A DNA stretch of 64,000 nucleotides from Tubulanus polymorphus (lineage: Eukaryota > Animalia > Nemertea): contig NC_134030.1 of assembly GCF_964204645.1 (NCBI RefSeq), positions 8,289,122 to 8,353,121 on the forward strand, read 5' to 3'. A program made the translations under genes and the position numbers. Shown one piece after another: positions 12,516 to 26,788 of the stretch (position 1 is its first letter; the number at the start of each line of letters is the position of its first letter). The notes beneath the pieces are model-generated. The model was not told the DNA's origin and made no database searches. It saw only the letters and a program-made list of their open reading frames with translations.

Positions 12516-15500
12516 ACGATCCGTGCGATCGATCGAACGAACGGTTTCTAGAAAATGATCGGTTTTTCAGGCGAAGAAATGACGTATGATCGTATATTGG
12601 AACCGATCAGCGCATCGGGCAAAGAGTTCTACTTAATGGAGAATTATTTTGTAGGGATTTTTTAAGACGATTGAGTCTGTCCTCGTCGCGGACTGGAGAC
12701 GCGTAAGAATTGAAAACACGCGGGTGCCCCGGTTTGTTTAGACTGCGAGTGCAAAGAATTATTTTCTCATGATCTTAATCGATGGATGCTATTGAAGTAT
12801 TATATGAAAAAATAACTTTGTTTTTATTTATTGAGATCGGACGCGATTGGTCGAAGATATTTTCTATCATCGTTCATTTTATCATCATCGGTATCATCTT
12901 CATCATCAGTAACTGATTGTACAGACGTATAAAATGCTGTTGTCAGGAATTTGTGCAATTGGTCAATTCATCCGCGTATTGTATCGTGAAATTATTTGGC
13001 GAGTCTAAACGGGCGCATGAACGCGTTACCCTGACCTTACCTGTGATTGAATTGTGGAATATTTACTTATACTTTCGCTTAAAGTGAAACTAGGCATCTG
13101 AGAGAAATTGGCGATTAACGTCAATAGGTCGAACCCTGAACGCTGGTAATTAGCAATCTAGAGAGTTCGTGATCATTGGAGTTGAGGATAAGTTTTAAAA
13201 GCGTCGTTGACTCGACGTGTGATGGTTTGTCGTCGGTCTCGTTGTTTGTAGAAATGTAAAAGCTAAATGAAATGTAATTGATTATTACTGATTATATTAT
13301 TACGAAATACTACGTGTATAAAGTATTTATGAATAGTGTTTATATAGAAATGTTCATCGTAGAATGAATGAATGTATCGATTGATTGTTTTGTGTTGTTT
13401 GAAGATGATAAGCGATTTTACTGTAGGGGCTCCGCGTTCAAGTCAGGATTTAATCAACTAGGATAACTGGTGTTTACGGAAATGTTTTTCTGACCCCATG
13501 CGGTGTTATATGTTGAATTAAATTGGATATACCATTCGATGCAGATGTTATTCGAGTCCGACAAATTTCCACTTTCCCACTTTGCAACCAGAATGGAGGG
13601 AGTACCTTACTGTATTTAGCTAACTTAAGAAAATGGTGTAAGACCAACTTAGTTCTGTAGTCGATCTAACAATTTAAGACCATTCCTTAAATTTAAGACC
13701 ACTTTGGGACTTAAGTCTTGACTATGGAACTGGTCCCCTGTTCATTATCATTTGTGAAACTGATCTATTAAGAATTCAGTTCTCATTCGTCAACTATGAA
13801 TTCACAGTTACTTTCCGTGAAATTTTCGTTATTCTTGATTTAAACTTTAACGACGTCATCAGGGTTTGGATGCCCGATCGATCGAAGCTTTAGTGTAGAC
13901 ACTGCTTTAGGTTGCGGCGGAAATTCATTAATTTTGGTTGCAGTTATTCATCGATGATAGTTGCTCGGGATGTTCAGTCGCGTCGGGTCAACCACTCGAA
14001 TCGTCCTCGATCAAATCGCATTGGATGTGGTGCTGTGATGAAAGCGATAATCTCGATATAGAGAGCGGCTTATATGCAACTGTCGCTTCAAACCGCCAAT
14101 TCTGAATTATTTTATATATGGCAAATGCATTTCTTATTTCTGATTGTATAAATTTTTTATGTATATATTTGCAAGTTATGGTTATAAACAGTCCACACGT
14201 AGAAATTGGACGCGAATTTGAGTACATGTATTGAATTTGGAGATTCTTGTCGCGCAAATCAGATCTGTAGCCTTGAAAGACCCCTCAAATATTCACCGTT
14301 AACCTGTCTGGTTTAGTTTCGCGATCTCATCGGTATCTTAAGCCTATTCGATTATAAAAAGGCAATGATTAGGTCCCTAAATAAGTTTTTGCGTGATTTC
14401 TGATTACTTGTGATGTCTGGCATTTGTTGTCCATTTTCAATTGCTGAAAATTCCTGTCTAGAGGTTCTGAACGCGGGTGATATATGGACAATCAAATCAT
14501 GGACTCTAAAACTATTGGAGTCCTTGGTAAAATTGATTGTCCGAAGGCGTAGTTCCTGACTGCAAAATGGTAGAAGTACAAATATAAAGGAATCAGTTCT
14601 AAGCATCATTCCTGGTATTGATAGCGTTTCGAATTGCAATTTGTAATGGTTTTTTGGTATGGACCAACAGGATTTTTAACCGCAGTTTTTACGGTGGCCA
14701 TGTCTGGTATTTCTACTCGATGAAATAAATATGTATATCGATTAATATATTTGTATACTGTACTGATTGTAAATAGATAATATGTACACGTGTAGTTTGT
14801 AAGTATAGTTACTACCGTACGAAAAAATGATTAAATTATGTATTAAGGATAGTTCATAACATTTTATGAAAGGGGAAAAAATCAACTCGTACGAGGAGTG
14901 AGATTTGAATTTTTTCGAATGGTCATCGGATTTGATGTGACAACCTCGTGTTTTGTAATTCTGCCAGTTCGAACAGAAAAATGCGGGAAGACCGTGCATT
15001 TTCTGCTATATCGGAGTAGTGTCTGTACTAGTGTCGTTTCTATACGGTAAAGAATTGTACATATATAGACAATTCGTGTGTATTTTTCCTCACTTCCCAG
15101 GGTGTGCTTTCTACACGCATTGAATTTATACTTCACCTCGCGTTCTGCCACTACTGGACCATGGGTGTCACACAAGGGTGTCCGATGTCCCCCCATTTTA
15201 AATCCAAGTTCTACTTTTTTTTTGTTTAAGTTCCAAATTTTATTTCATCACATTCCGGATATTTCATGAATGTTTTGCCTTTTATGGTTCCAGTAAATGC
15301 CCCTCTCAAGGTTCGAAATTCGAAAATTAAGACTATTTTAGGACATAAAAACAATTTCAAGGATTCAGAAACGCTTGTTTGCCTTCGGCGTTCGGCGAAT
15401 AGCTCCGCTCGTGTTCTGAGCCTCCTTAAGAAAATCTTAGCGACACTCCTGCGGAATCAAACGATATTCACCGAATTGTGAAGCGTTCAACTATGTGGAT

Positions 15501-18346
15501 AGCAGCACCCCTGGCATGCTAGGATGCGGTGTATATCATAATCATCTTTTTTGCCTCCGTCCTTCTGTTTTTTAAAATGATGAGAGTTTTCAAGGTATTT
15601 TGATCGAGACGCTATCGCCGTATATCGCGCCGTTACCGTATTATTGCTTTTTAGTTAACGGTTGGTATAATAGATTATTTTAGTAATTATTGTCATTAGT
15701 TATTCGTTTCATGCAGCCTGTCTCTCGCGGTGTGCTCGGTACATTGTAAAATGTGGTAGTTATCTTTCAAAGTTTACTCGCAGTGATTCCGCTGGATTGG
15801 GTACGGATCTGGCGTGAGTTTTGGGGTCGTTAGCCGCTCTGATCACGAACGTTTGTTTGTTTTTGTCCTCGAACAACGGTGAAAAACTATTGTTTATCAA
15901 CAGGGAGTTGCGAGGAAGTCGCATCTACAGACTTCTAGATGTAATGAAATCGCCGGATCCCTTTCCCGATCCAAGCTTGATCGTTTGGCAAATATTCCAA
16001 TTGAGTTTCGTCTCCTATCTGCGTTAACGTCGGTAGGAATTTTAAAACAGAGTCTTGGTTTCTTCTTGTTTTTCCAAGAAATCTAGTAGTTTTTTTATAA
16101 ATTCTAGTGTTTGGGGACTAGTTTACTGACTAAAAACTCCGAAAAATTATGCAAAACAGTTTTCGATGCCTTGCTTCTTTTATGATATCTTTATAGCTGT
16201 TTCATTCAGGTCCGAGTTTGTGCCTATGTTCTGATTATCTGTCCAATATTTTATCGAGACTGACTTGCAATTTGCCAAATTACTTACTTCTACTTATAGG
16301 TTTAGTCTGGTTTATGATACATGTATGTTGTGTATATGGAAACTGCTGAAACGTCGCGGTGGGTGTTTTTTTTTTCATTTTCATGTAATATTACCAAGCA
16401 CCAATCATGCACTTCATCTTTTAAGTGAAGTCCTGTTTAATTTTCTTTTCCTTGGAAGAGAAGTTCAGCTTGAATCTTAGATGGAAAAATATACTGCCAC
16501 TTTGGAAATTAATGTCAGAGCTTCTTGCTTTCTTTGGTGGTAAAATTCTTCAATTATATTGGTTGTCTATGATTTTTCGCATATTTATTCCCCTGATTAG
16601 TCACTCATATTTTCTTTGGTGATTTGAGTTTAAGAAGTATGTACTATTCAGCAGCTGAATGTGCCCACCAACTTAGTTTGCTAATTCTCTTGATAAGGTT
16701 CCCATACGACATCATGAAAAGGGTCCAATTGCTAGAATTTCTACATTTTGGTACGTGGAAAGGGGCTCTGTATTTGTATCTATTTGTACTGACGCTGTAA
16801 AAGATAAGGTTTCTGTACGTTCTTCAAGTGTAACGATATTAAACTATTTTGCCTGAATAAAAACGAAAAATTTGTTATCATGAAAAAATAATTGTCTTCA
16901 TGTTGAGCCTTGGATATTTTGAATTGGTTATCGGGCAGTCCATCAGTCATACAGCAGGGATGAATTCATAAAAATGTACCTGTAAAACCGATCGCGCCAA
17001 ACCGTAGCTGAGATGGCCAAAATTACAAATCAGTCAAACTTATATTAGTCCAAATATATAGTTGAACCATTGAACTTATTCTCACTGAATAATGTAGCTT
17101 GACTTACTGAAGCTTTCATCTAGTTCTCGAGACTTGTTAGGGTAAGTCGAGCTATATTATCCAGTGAAAATAAGTCAAAATGGTTCAACTATATGAAGGA
17201 ACCTGTATAGATGAATCTACATAATTCTTTCCAAATATATCTTTAATTATGTACTCCTTAATGTCTCTAAATTCATTAAAAAACGAATGGAAGGAACATT
17301 CTAACAGTCTTCAATAGAAATTATCCTCTTTAAAACTAACATTTGACTTTGTCTCGAACTGAAAAGTGGGACGATCTTACAGGACATAACAACAGAAATA
17401 CAGAAACCTAGAAATTACATTGCTACGTACATGTACACACAAATTATTAGTAATAGTTTGAGTAGTAGACGGTAGTATGTCTATGTCCTATAGTTTTCAA
17501 TGGAACCACGAAAATCGACGGTTTAGCGAAAAGAAAAAATTTATATTGAAGCACGGATTCGCTTTCGATTGCATTACTCGAGCCCGTAAGGTAACTATTC
17601 AAAAGGGCAGTTCTATCATCGTCAAAAAGGGCACACTGGTAGCAAAAAATGATGACATCTTAAAAATCAATGTGAAACAACAAACTAATCATTAATCTAT
17701 CAAAATCATCAAACTGATCAACAAACTATCGGCCATTGGCCCTTGTATACGGCCTATACAATATATACATACATGGTAGTTACACATGTACGTATATCAA
17801 GTAGGTGCGGTCAAACGTTTTAGCGTAAAAACCATTGCGGCTTGTAGAAAAAATATTACAGAATCAAAGATAGTGCACTAACATCGAACCATCTGAGGGT
17901 CAGGCCTCAAAATAAGCGTATTTGAGAAATAATATGATTTTCAAAAGTGCGCTTTGCTCAAAAAGTCCGTTCACTCGAACGGGCAAATGGGCCTACTGGC
18001 TCGAATACGACCGGGTACGTTAGTTTGTCTACCAGTGCTGGAGATAGCCACACGTAACAACAAAAGAAATCGGCGGATTTACAAACTTCGAAGGTCTGTC
18101 ATGCTTAATGTGTTCGACCATGGACTCTTTAAACAATCCAATATCAAAATCTATCAAAAATATATTGCAAGTTTTTGATACTGCAACCAAATGCAATGAC
18201 TAAGACAGACCTTGGTTCTGTGGCAAATGAAACAAATGACGGACGAACTTTTTACGGACGTTCACAATAATGTGTAAAAAGTGCAATCCGATTTCAAGAA
18301 AGCCGGGGTCGTGTGTTTGATTTCAACTTCGGGTCTGACGACGAGT

Positions 18347-21300
18347 TCAGCACTTCGCCAGGTGTTTGACGAGTATCAAACGTGTAGCTTGATCACTGAT
18401 AGCGTGTTCGATGTCAGTCGTTAAGTTTTCCAGACAAGTCTTTTTATAACAGTTTTTCACATCGCGTAAAACATGCTGAAAAAAACAAGATAATTCGTAC
18501 GTGTAGGCGGTTAGCGGTAAAAATCCCTTTTCTTCAAAGCAGGTAAAAATCCTCCGCCTTTTAAATGGAGTGCAAGTAGGTAAGTAGATACAATCTTGAA
18601 GTCAATTTACCGATCAAAAATATTCCAGGTCGAATTCGGAAATATTACAAATAAAAAATTCACTAATTCTAAGAATTCATTTACGAATTTATCGCAAAGA
18701 GTTCCTTGCACGGTTCAAATATTGCAGTTTTATTGCAAATAGAGATTTACCCAGTGGAATTTTACCGACTTTGAAGATTTGGGGATTCTTGCGTTATTGT
18801 GAATGCAGCGTCCGGCGATAAATGCATTCAAAACACCCTCAGAAATTCAAAACATATGGTTTGGTTATCAAAACAAGCATTAACGGGTAACTTTCAGTTA
18901 ACAGGTATACATAATTTTACTTTCTTGAACACATCGTTTGGAATGTGCGTGCACCGATGACGAACGAACCTCGGGTCTGGATAAAATCGTAAATATCAGT
19001 TGCTGTCGGGATTCCGAATGATCTTTCGCCAACAACGCCTTTATCTTGTCAGCGAAGTAGTATTCCTTTTTGCGCAAAGCGTCAACTGCAAAACAAATAT
19101 TTACAAATGCTTCAAATTGAACGATTAAAACCGCGTTTTTCTTTGGATTGAAATGTAGCGCAGTATATTGTCGACCCTGGATGCAATTAGTTAGATTACA
19201 TCATTAATGTCCATATCTTTGGATAACAAATATCAATGGACTCACTAATAGATGCATTAATTGCGCGTGCATCGCTAAGATCTACTACACAACAGTTACA
19301 TTTGTAATGGGAGAATGAATCGACAAATATTCCCAGGTTCATTTCTATCCTACCGAGTGTCGTCAGTGTCTGACATTTTTCCCTGTCTTCCCAATAGAAT
19401 TTCTCCAGTTCAACCGTTAGATCTCTGCCAGATTTCTGTAAAAGAAATTTTCGGGAAGAAATTTTTGTATAGTCGAACATGCCAATAAGCTTATTGGATA
19501 CTATAGCAGAATCAAGTGACGTGGTAGTTATAGTATGAGAGATGAAGCTGGTAGAAACTCCGAAAAAAAAAACAATTACTTGTCTTTCCAACGGTACCAT
19601 GAAAGTGCAATCTCTAAAATTTTCTAGCCAACTTTTTGACAGTCATCTTCCATGCTACGTTGGTAAGAACGGTAAGAACGCTTGGTAAGTATACCTGAAC
19701 GAAACCTTCGAATATATCTCTAAGTTGGATTCTTGATCTCGAAGAACAGGTTCCGAGGAATAACATCTTATTTTCGAAAAGATCGTTCGTTTGTAGTGCA
19801 TCGGACAGCTCGACAATGGTCTGCTTGACTACGACCAGATCGTTTTCCTCGTCTTGGGATTCAGCGCGCTGTAGAAAACAAGAGCTATGTGCCTTTATTT
19901 CATCGAGATCGTCCCGGATATTTTGATCACCCCGGAAAAAGCTCATCGGAAAACATTAACTTATTTTTTGGAAATTCAGAGAACAAGCTTATGAATTTAA
20001 AGTTTTTTGGTATCTAGTTTAATATGTTTCTTTTATCCGTAAAATTTCAGGGCAACCTGACATGCTTAGGTGGTGAGCACCCCGGCACCCTCACCTTGGA
20101 CCCACCCCTGAAATAGAGTAACGAGTTGCCATGATGTTAGTTAGCAGTTCAATGATGCACAATTGTATTTCATTGTAAGCGCATATAACAAGTTATACCG
20201 AAAACTAATTGCGATAGGAAAAAACTATGAAGTGTTGTGAAATTGGATTAGGATACCAAACAAAGTTGCACAGCTGCTTTTGAAAGAGGCATGGATCAAC
20301 TTTTTATGACGGGCGAAATTAAGATGCATATATAATTATATATATATATATATATATAAGTTGAATCCATTCGCAAAAGAGATAAGGCGTCCGCAAACTG
20401 GTTCAAGAGTTATTTTCTTTTTATATGCAAAAACCTATGGAGTATAATGAAATCAGATTAAGATACCAAACGAAGTTGCAAAGCTGCTTGTAAAAGAAGC
20501 ACGTTAAGGTGAATATATGATTATAAAGTTAAATCCATTTACAATAGATCAAGTGTCTTGGAAAAATGGTCCATGAGTCAATTTCTTTTCATATGCATAA
20601 CGACCAAATCTGGTTAGTGGTAAATCATTTCCATGAGATTGAAATAAAAACCCTAAACCGTCGCATCCTTTCATGTCGGTATTATTAAGAAACCCCGCGC
20701 ACACACGCGCAAAAAAATCAACGAAAATCAACAGCCAGGAATCATGGTTGCCATGGTTTTCGAGGATAAAATGTAAGTTGGATACTGAAACGAAGCTTTA
20801 TTATGCTAATAATTGATATTGCTCTCATTCGTGTGCGCTATGTTATAAATTGCTGTTAATTAATCGGACAGGAAACGTACGTTCCACGTTATGAATGTGT
20901 GTCCTATTTAAAACAGGACTCTCGTGATCGAACCAAGGACAAAAAGCGTTAGGGAATAAACGGAATCGATAGGGGTGGATCTAAGGGGGGTGTTTTAGGG
21001 GTCGCGGTCCCCCGCTCCGGCGTTCGAAAATTTTCTGATAGCGATATCAATCGTATTGATATAATGATGAAACATATCAACAATTCAAATCTTTCGATTC
21101 AATTCAAATCTTTATCAATTGCTGTTTCGGCGTCTGCCAGAAATTACTGTAGGTAGGTAATTCACAAACCTTTATGAATGAAATAACTATCGCAAAGTGG
21201 CTCCTGAAACTGGAAACCTTTTTATTCAGGAATCCGATGCCATGATGAAACAGCACTGATTTTACATTACTATCGTGAACAATGATGCATCCGATCGAAT

Positions 21301-24139
21301 GATCGATCGATGCATTCCGGAGATTAAGCAGAAGACACGAACAGGATGCGATAAATGATGATGACACGCGAATAAGAGTTTTTAAGTTGAAGAGTTTTTT
21401 CCGTGGCAAACTTTTTATTAAGTAGCGGACATAATAACTGTAATAGGGCCTATACACAGCGTTTTACAGAAGGATAATTTGAAGAGGGGTGTGGCCGGTT
21501 ATGCTTAAGGTTTTTATACGTTTAAAGGGCACATGCCCAATAAATTGTACTTTTCGTAATTAGTAAACCAAATGCTACTTTTGTATACAAATTACAACCT
21601 GAGATGTGACTGATCGAAAAAAGATGACAGATTAGCTCTAAATTAGACATTTAATTATTCTTGACTTAGTTTACGTACTTCACCTACATCCCGCAGTCGG
21701 CGCTATTTTTGACGGTATCTTTGTTATAAACAAGCACGTGTGTGCTCACAGTGCGCAGTAGCCTATATAAAATCAATAAAATCAACATCATTTGTTTGCT
21801 TTAATCACAGCTATATACACCCACTAATATATGTTTATCATGTCATATATGACGGCACCAAAATATACAATAGTTTAGAATTCATTAATTCTAAAAATCT
21901 TCCGAGAGGATAAAATGACCTTTGCAATGTCTAGTGAAATGACTGGAAACAGTTAGCTTTCAACAAAGATGACGTCAGAAACACGCACCTGCACACATAA
22001 ACAATAACAGTGAGCACGTGCTGAAATTGCTGATTTAAAAGTCTTATTTCTCAGAGAAGGCTAAACTGAAATTGAAATCAGTAGCATATTTATAATTTGT
22101 GAACATATTACTTTAAAGAATAACTTTTATATGATATTCTATTTAGTGGGCATGTGCCCTTTAAAATGAACACTCAAATAACAGTAACAGTAACAGTTAC
22201 AGTAACAGTAACAGAACAGTAACAGTTGGTGAGATTAAGGCCGTGTTGGCGATCTTAACAACTGTTTAACGATACACGGAAAACACATGAATGAAAATTA
22301 ACAAAATTGTCCGAAACAGTATCTGAATGGATTTAGTCATACCTTAAAGTTATAATTACACATTGGAACGCGAACCGTTTAACGGCCGTTGGAAATCATT
22401 CACTCTTTATGAGCCCCAGATGGAAATTGTGGAAATTGCTTGTCGGAAATGTCCGATAAAATGACAAATCGCGAATAATATTCACGTGATACACGATATA
22501 CAGACCTTGCTCAGCAGGGACAACAGTATCTGCCGAATCTCATCGTCTAAATGCGAATTTCTAAGAACGTCCGGCAAGTTCTCGGCCCAGATGTCGGAAT
22601 ATTCTTGTTGTAGCGACGTAAGATTCAATTCTGAGTAGGCACAAATGATCTCTATCACAGAGGTGTAGTCTTTCGTATCCAGGCTCTGTTTTAGGTAGAA
22701 GGCAATCGCTCGCAAGCGGGAATTTATGCGCATTGACACGAAAGTTGACATTTCAGGCGACAGTTTACTTTGCGCCATATCCATTAGATTGACACCGAAC
22801 GCGTGTTCGAACGTTTCGGCGAGTTCTTCGTAATCTGTATCTTTGTATTTGTAGAAAATCGTGATAATCACTTGATATTTATCTGCAACGGAAATTTATC
22901 AATAAGTATCAATGCATTCTTGGGCTTTTCAATGAAATAAGTGGACAATTCACCAAATGAATATTATAGTTGATGCCTGTACCAATTTTGAGGTTGGCAC
23001 TTAACATACCTACGTAGCTTTTCATTTTGTCGAAAATGTTATTTTCTTACAATTTACGCACTTATGCAAAACCCGACCATCTAATCATCTAATTTTTTCG
23101 TAAGCCGCGATCACACGGAAACGCCCGGATCAGATCCGAGTCAAATTTGGCCCGCGCCTAATAAGAGAGCGCGTTCACACATAAGCCACTCGCTCGATAA
23201 TTAACGAAAAGAAGGGAGTCACTTTCGGAAACATTGCATGCAATAATTTGACCCGTGCTAAATTTGGTTGAGGCCAAACAGGCACGGGCCCATTTGGCAC
23301 CCATAAGAACGGTTGCCTTGGAACTTATTTGGCACGAGCCAAATTTGACCCAGGAAAAAACGCTCGTGTTCATACAAACGCCGCACCTGCCGGAATGAAA
23401 CAGGGTGTTTTTTTAATCTCAGGGATTGCCCCTCTTATTCATTTGATCGATTTTGATTTGACTTGATGCCCCTTACAAACCAACCACACCTACCGTGGAT
23501 GAAAAAAGGGGTTCGCATTTGAAATCCGAAATCGAAGTATACAGCATATCTAAACCATAGAACTCAAAATTATACTATGTCTTAACTAAGAGGCTGTCTG
23601 TACATAGGCCTAAGGCCTTTTGAGGGTAAATGATGATATGATATGATAAAGATATAGATATAGTTGGATGAACGTTCAAATTTACAGACTTTTTGTATGA
23701 TATAGGTGCGTATATATAATATAATTAGAAATTTCGGTCCCGGTTCGTTTACAATCTTCCAACAAGCCTGAAAAAGTGATTGAGGTTAGATTTTGTTTGC
23801 TGTGAACTTAACACATCCAAATGTGGAAATAAAGGTAAAAGGTCCGTCCTCAAAGCTATTCGGCTAATAATCGGAATCGGTTTCCGACCTCAGTGTACGA
23901 TCCTCTCGCGTTTCTCATCCCTTCGTTCCATAGTTTAACAGGGATCGCTTTGCCCAAACAAAGCTATCTCTACCTACCTGCTTAGTCATATACTTACTAT
24001 CGGTGATGGCCTTGTGGAGCTCGACGACCAGACGATCGGCATAGAATGACTTGGGCAAATCGCAATCGCCGAGTTTTGGACGGAGAGGTTTCGCATTCTT
24101 ATCCGAGACAAGAGCCGACTTTGAATTATCACAACCCAT
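18347..24139 (-). CDS. Highly divergent annexin-like protein, 339 aa. Exons 24139-23998, 22882-22506, 19868-19695, 19435-19354, 19085-18970, 18475-18347
   Basis: Phase-consistent GT-AG exon chain. Annexin-repeat remnants: SRSRIQLRDIFEGFVQKSGRDL, YYFADKIKALL, IFTILSRPE-HVLRDVKNCYKK..NLTTDIEHAISD..RLILVKHL. N-terminus is MGC. Confidence 0.8.
20221..20540. repeat. Degenerate ~210-bp direct duplication in an annexin intron
   Basis: GATACCAAAC.AAGTTGCA.AGCTGCTT at about 20252 and 20462, each followed by AAGTT.AATCCATT. Confidence 0.6.
21526..22160. mobile_element. Non-autonomous DNA transposon with TTAA target duplication (Kolobok-like termini)
   Basis: TTAA|AGGGCACATGCCCA ... TGGGCATGTGCCCT|TTAA. 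Confidence 0.75.
22179..22226. repeat. (AACAGT)n microsatellite
   Basis: About 8 imperfect units. Confidence 0.8.
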
Positions 24140-26788
24140 TACTGTTCATTTGCACAGCTGACAATGCAAAATCGATCATATTTTCTATAGGCCTACGTAT
24201 CGTACATGAGCAATATGTAAAAAAGAAAAAAAATATTTCAGAGATACTATACAGACCCAGCTCCACGCACTTCATAGTGAAAGTGATTTCGGTTCATAAA
24301 ATAAATCGTAGGATCGGCATAAAATTTTGGATGAAAACATGAAGGCGTGTTTTTATTATAAGAAATATATTCAGTAAGATGAATATTTTCTTAAACCTAA
24401 TATTAAATGTTACTCGAGCAGGGGCCTCCAATGCATGAGTCTCGGGAAACATGGCACCACTGCTAGGTGCGGCCGGAATTCATAACGGTCGCTCCACGGT
24501 CAAAATAACAACAGATTTTGATGGGAAATTCGTAGGGCTACTTCGAGGATTCGGATTTTAGTATACATATTACTAATTGAGTGGTTTGTGCAAGCGGTGA
24601 TCAGTTGGTGTATATATATGTAAAAAGGGCGCGGAACATGCTAGGAAGATTATCATTTGCACTTGACGCGTCCTTAATTATCATGTGACCTCGGTGATGT
24701 TCTTCGTAGATCACATTTCTCATCGTCACTAATATAAGGATTATATCTTCATAACATACCGTCATGCTATGTTTCTCCGTCGTACTATTTGATCAGTCTG
24801 ATCCGTAATGATTGAATGCGCTGGCTTATCTTAATTATCGGTTGACGTCGCATCAACGGTATTTCACCACTTATCATAGGCGTGTTTAAGCCTAGAGAAC
24901 CGACTACAACGAGGTGGCAAAAATATTGAACCGTACAAAATGACGTTAGAATTATGTACGAAAATTTGAAACAATTTGAAAGGAGTTTCCTGGTGGTGAA
25001 ATCATATAGGGAGTTGACCTGTATAACCGATAATAGTAGCTAAGATACAAGATACCCGTGGCCCTCACAAATTTATTCCCATTACCTATATTACTGCTCG
25101 TTAAACTGCACTGTTTTATCGATAAAACTATTGTTGTGTCATACTTGATACCATTAGTCAATAATACCCATACGCCATCTATCCGAATTGGCTGTCATTG
25201 TCGTTGTATCTGATTTGCTACATGTACTCTACTAGTCGTGCCGGCAAATATGCTTAAGCTTTGCGGAAGAATTTCTTACTTCATTTTTCAATATACCGAT
25301 AGATTAATTTCAGCTCATACCGACTGGCATAGCGTTGAAGAAACCATGCGTCACGTCAAATTTTGTCTCGGAAACCCCCGCTCCTACTTCCCACTACCAA
25401 TGCGATAAACAACTACTCATGACAGCTATCGAATGTGTGGAGATTCCTGTGTGTTTTATGATGGGCGTATATTTCAAACCTTCACAATTAGTGAATGGAT
25501 ACTATATAACTATGGCGATGAAAATAAATTCAGCGACGTGTTGATTCAGCATCGTTTTGAAAAAAAAGGTTTCGCGCACGAACGTGTCGTGAAATAATCA
25601 ACATGGCCGTGTCACATTTCATCCGATGGGAATCCCTGCGAGATGCAGGAAAACGTATTAATCTGGTTTCAGCACCAACCATCAATCACGATAATGGACT
25701 CGACACCAACAAAGCCTAGCTGGTTGTCGCGTAACATAAATCATCGATAGTGATCGAGTCAAAAACGATCGATGAATTCCTGCATTTATATTCAAAAAGT
25801 GTTCCAATTTCATCGAGCGTTTCACGGCATCGAACGATTGGTTTCAATTCAAATAGCTAATGTATAAAATGTATTTGTACCTCTTTCAACTGTCGAAGTA
25901 TAAGAGATGACAAAATTGTTTTTTGGCTTCCTTGTGCGTTCTTGACACAAATGGGATCGCTCACCCTAGATCCCTTTTGTAAGAACGCATATAGATCGAT
26001 AGATAAATTGAATATCTCTTATTTTGTCAAGAATCCGGAACTCCTGATATCTTGTTCTCACATTGATTCTAAACATATATACAAAGAATTTCAAAAAGTG
26101 TTCTTATAGAAATGGTAAATTGCATGTGTATATGTATATATATCAACAGGCTAAATAACTTTAAATTGCACTTACCTTTTTGTGTTGAGTTGAGCGCGGC
26201 GGCGGCGTCTTTTTGAACGACGACAGACTACTGACGGTAAAATAAACGTTCTAACGTTAAGTCGTCGCTACGGTGACGCCGAGAGGACAAGACGTCAACG
26301 TCGGCTTTTAAAACGCTATCGCCGTGGAGACAACGACAACTGCTATCAGCTGTAACAGCGCGACAACATGATAAGTACGCTTTACGCTGCAGGTGGTTAC
26401 GACGCTGCACTACGTACGTTAGCTGCGTCGACTGTATCAAAAATAACGCTCATTTAATGGGCAAACGACATTTGCTGAAGCCACAAATCTCACGAAGATA
26501 CATCAAAATTCTTATTGCAGCAAATCCGTATATGTAACTATAAGCAGAATCGTCAATGTCGATATAATATTGTAAGGCGTTGCTATTTTCTGATAGTAAA
26601 ACCATGGACTATGATTAGATAAAAGTTTTGTGGCTGTTAACTTTACGTGCATAAAATCTAACTCAATGACTAGAACACATCGCAGGGAGGAGCTATAGAA
26701 TATTTTATTACGACTTGTTTACATAACAAATTCAAATTTTACCCCAAAACCATAAATCCAACGTCGCGTAATGTAGATAGATACGAGT

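Noticed and set aside
26177-26450. CpG-rich block with a minus-strand donor (AAG|GTAAGT), a possible non-coding first exon of the annexin gene
   Set aside because: Plausible but cannot be tied to the gene without transcripts.
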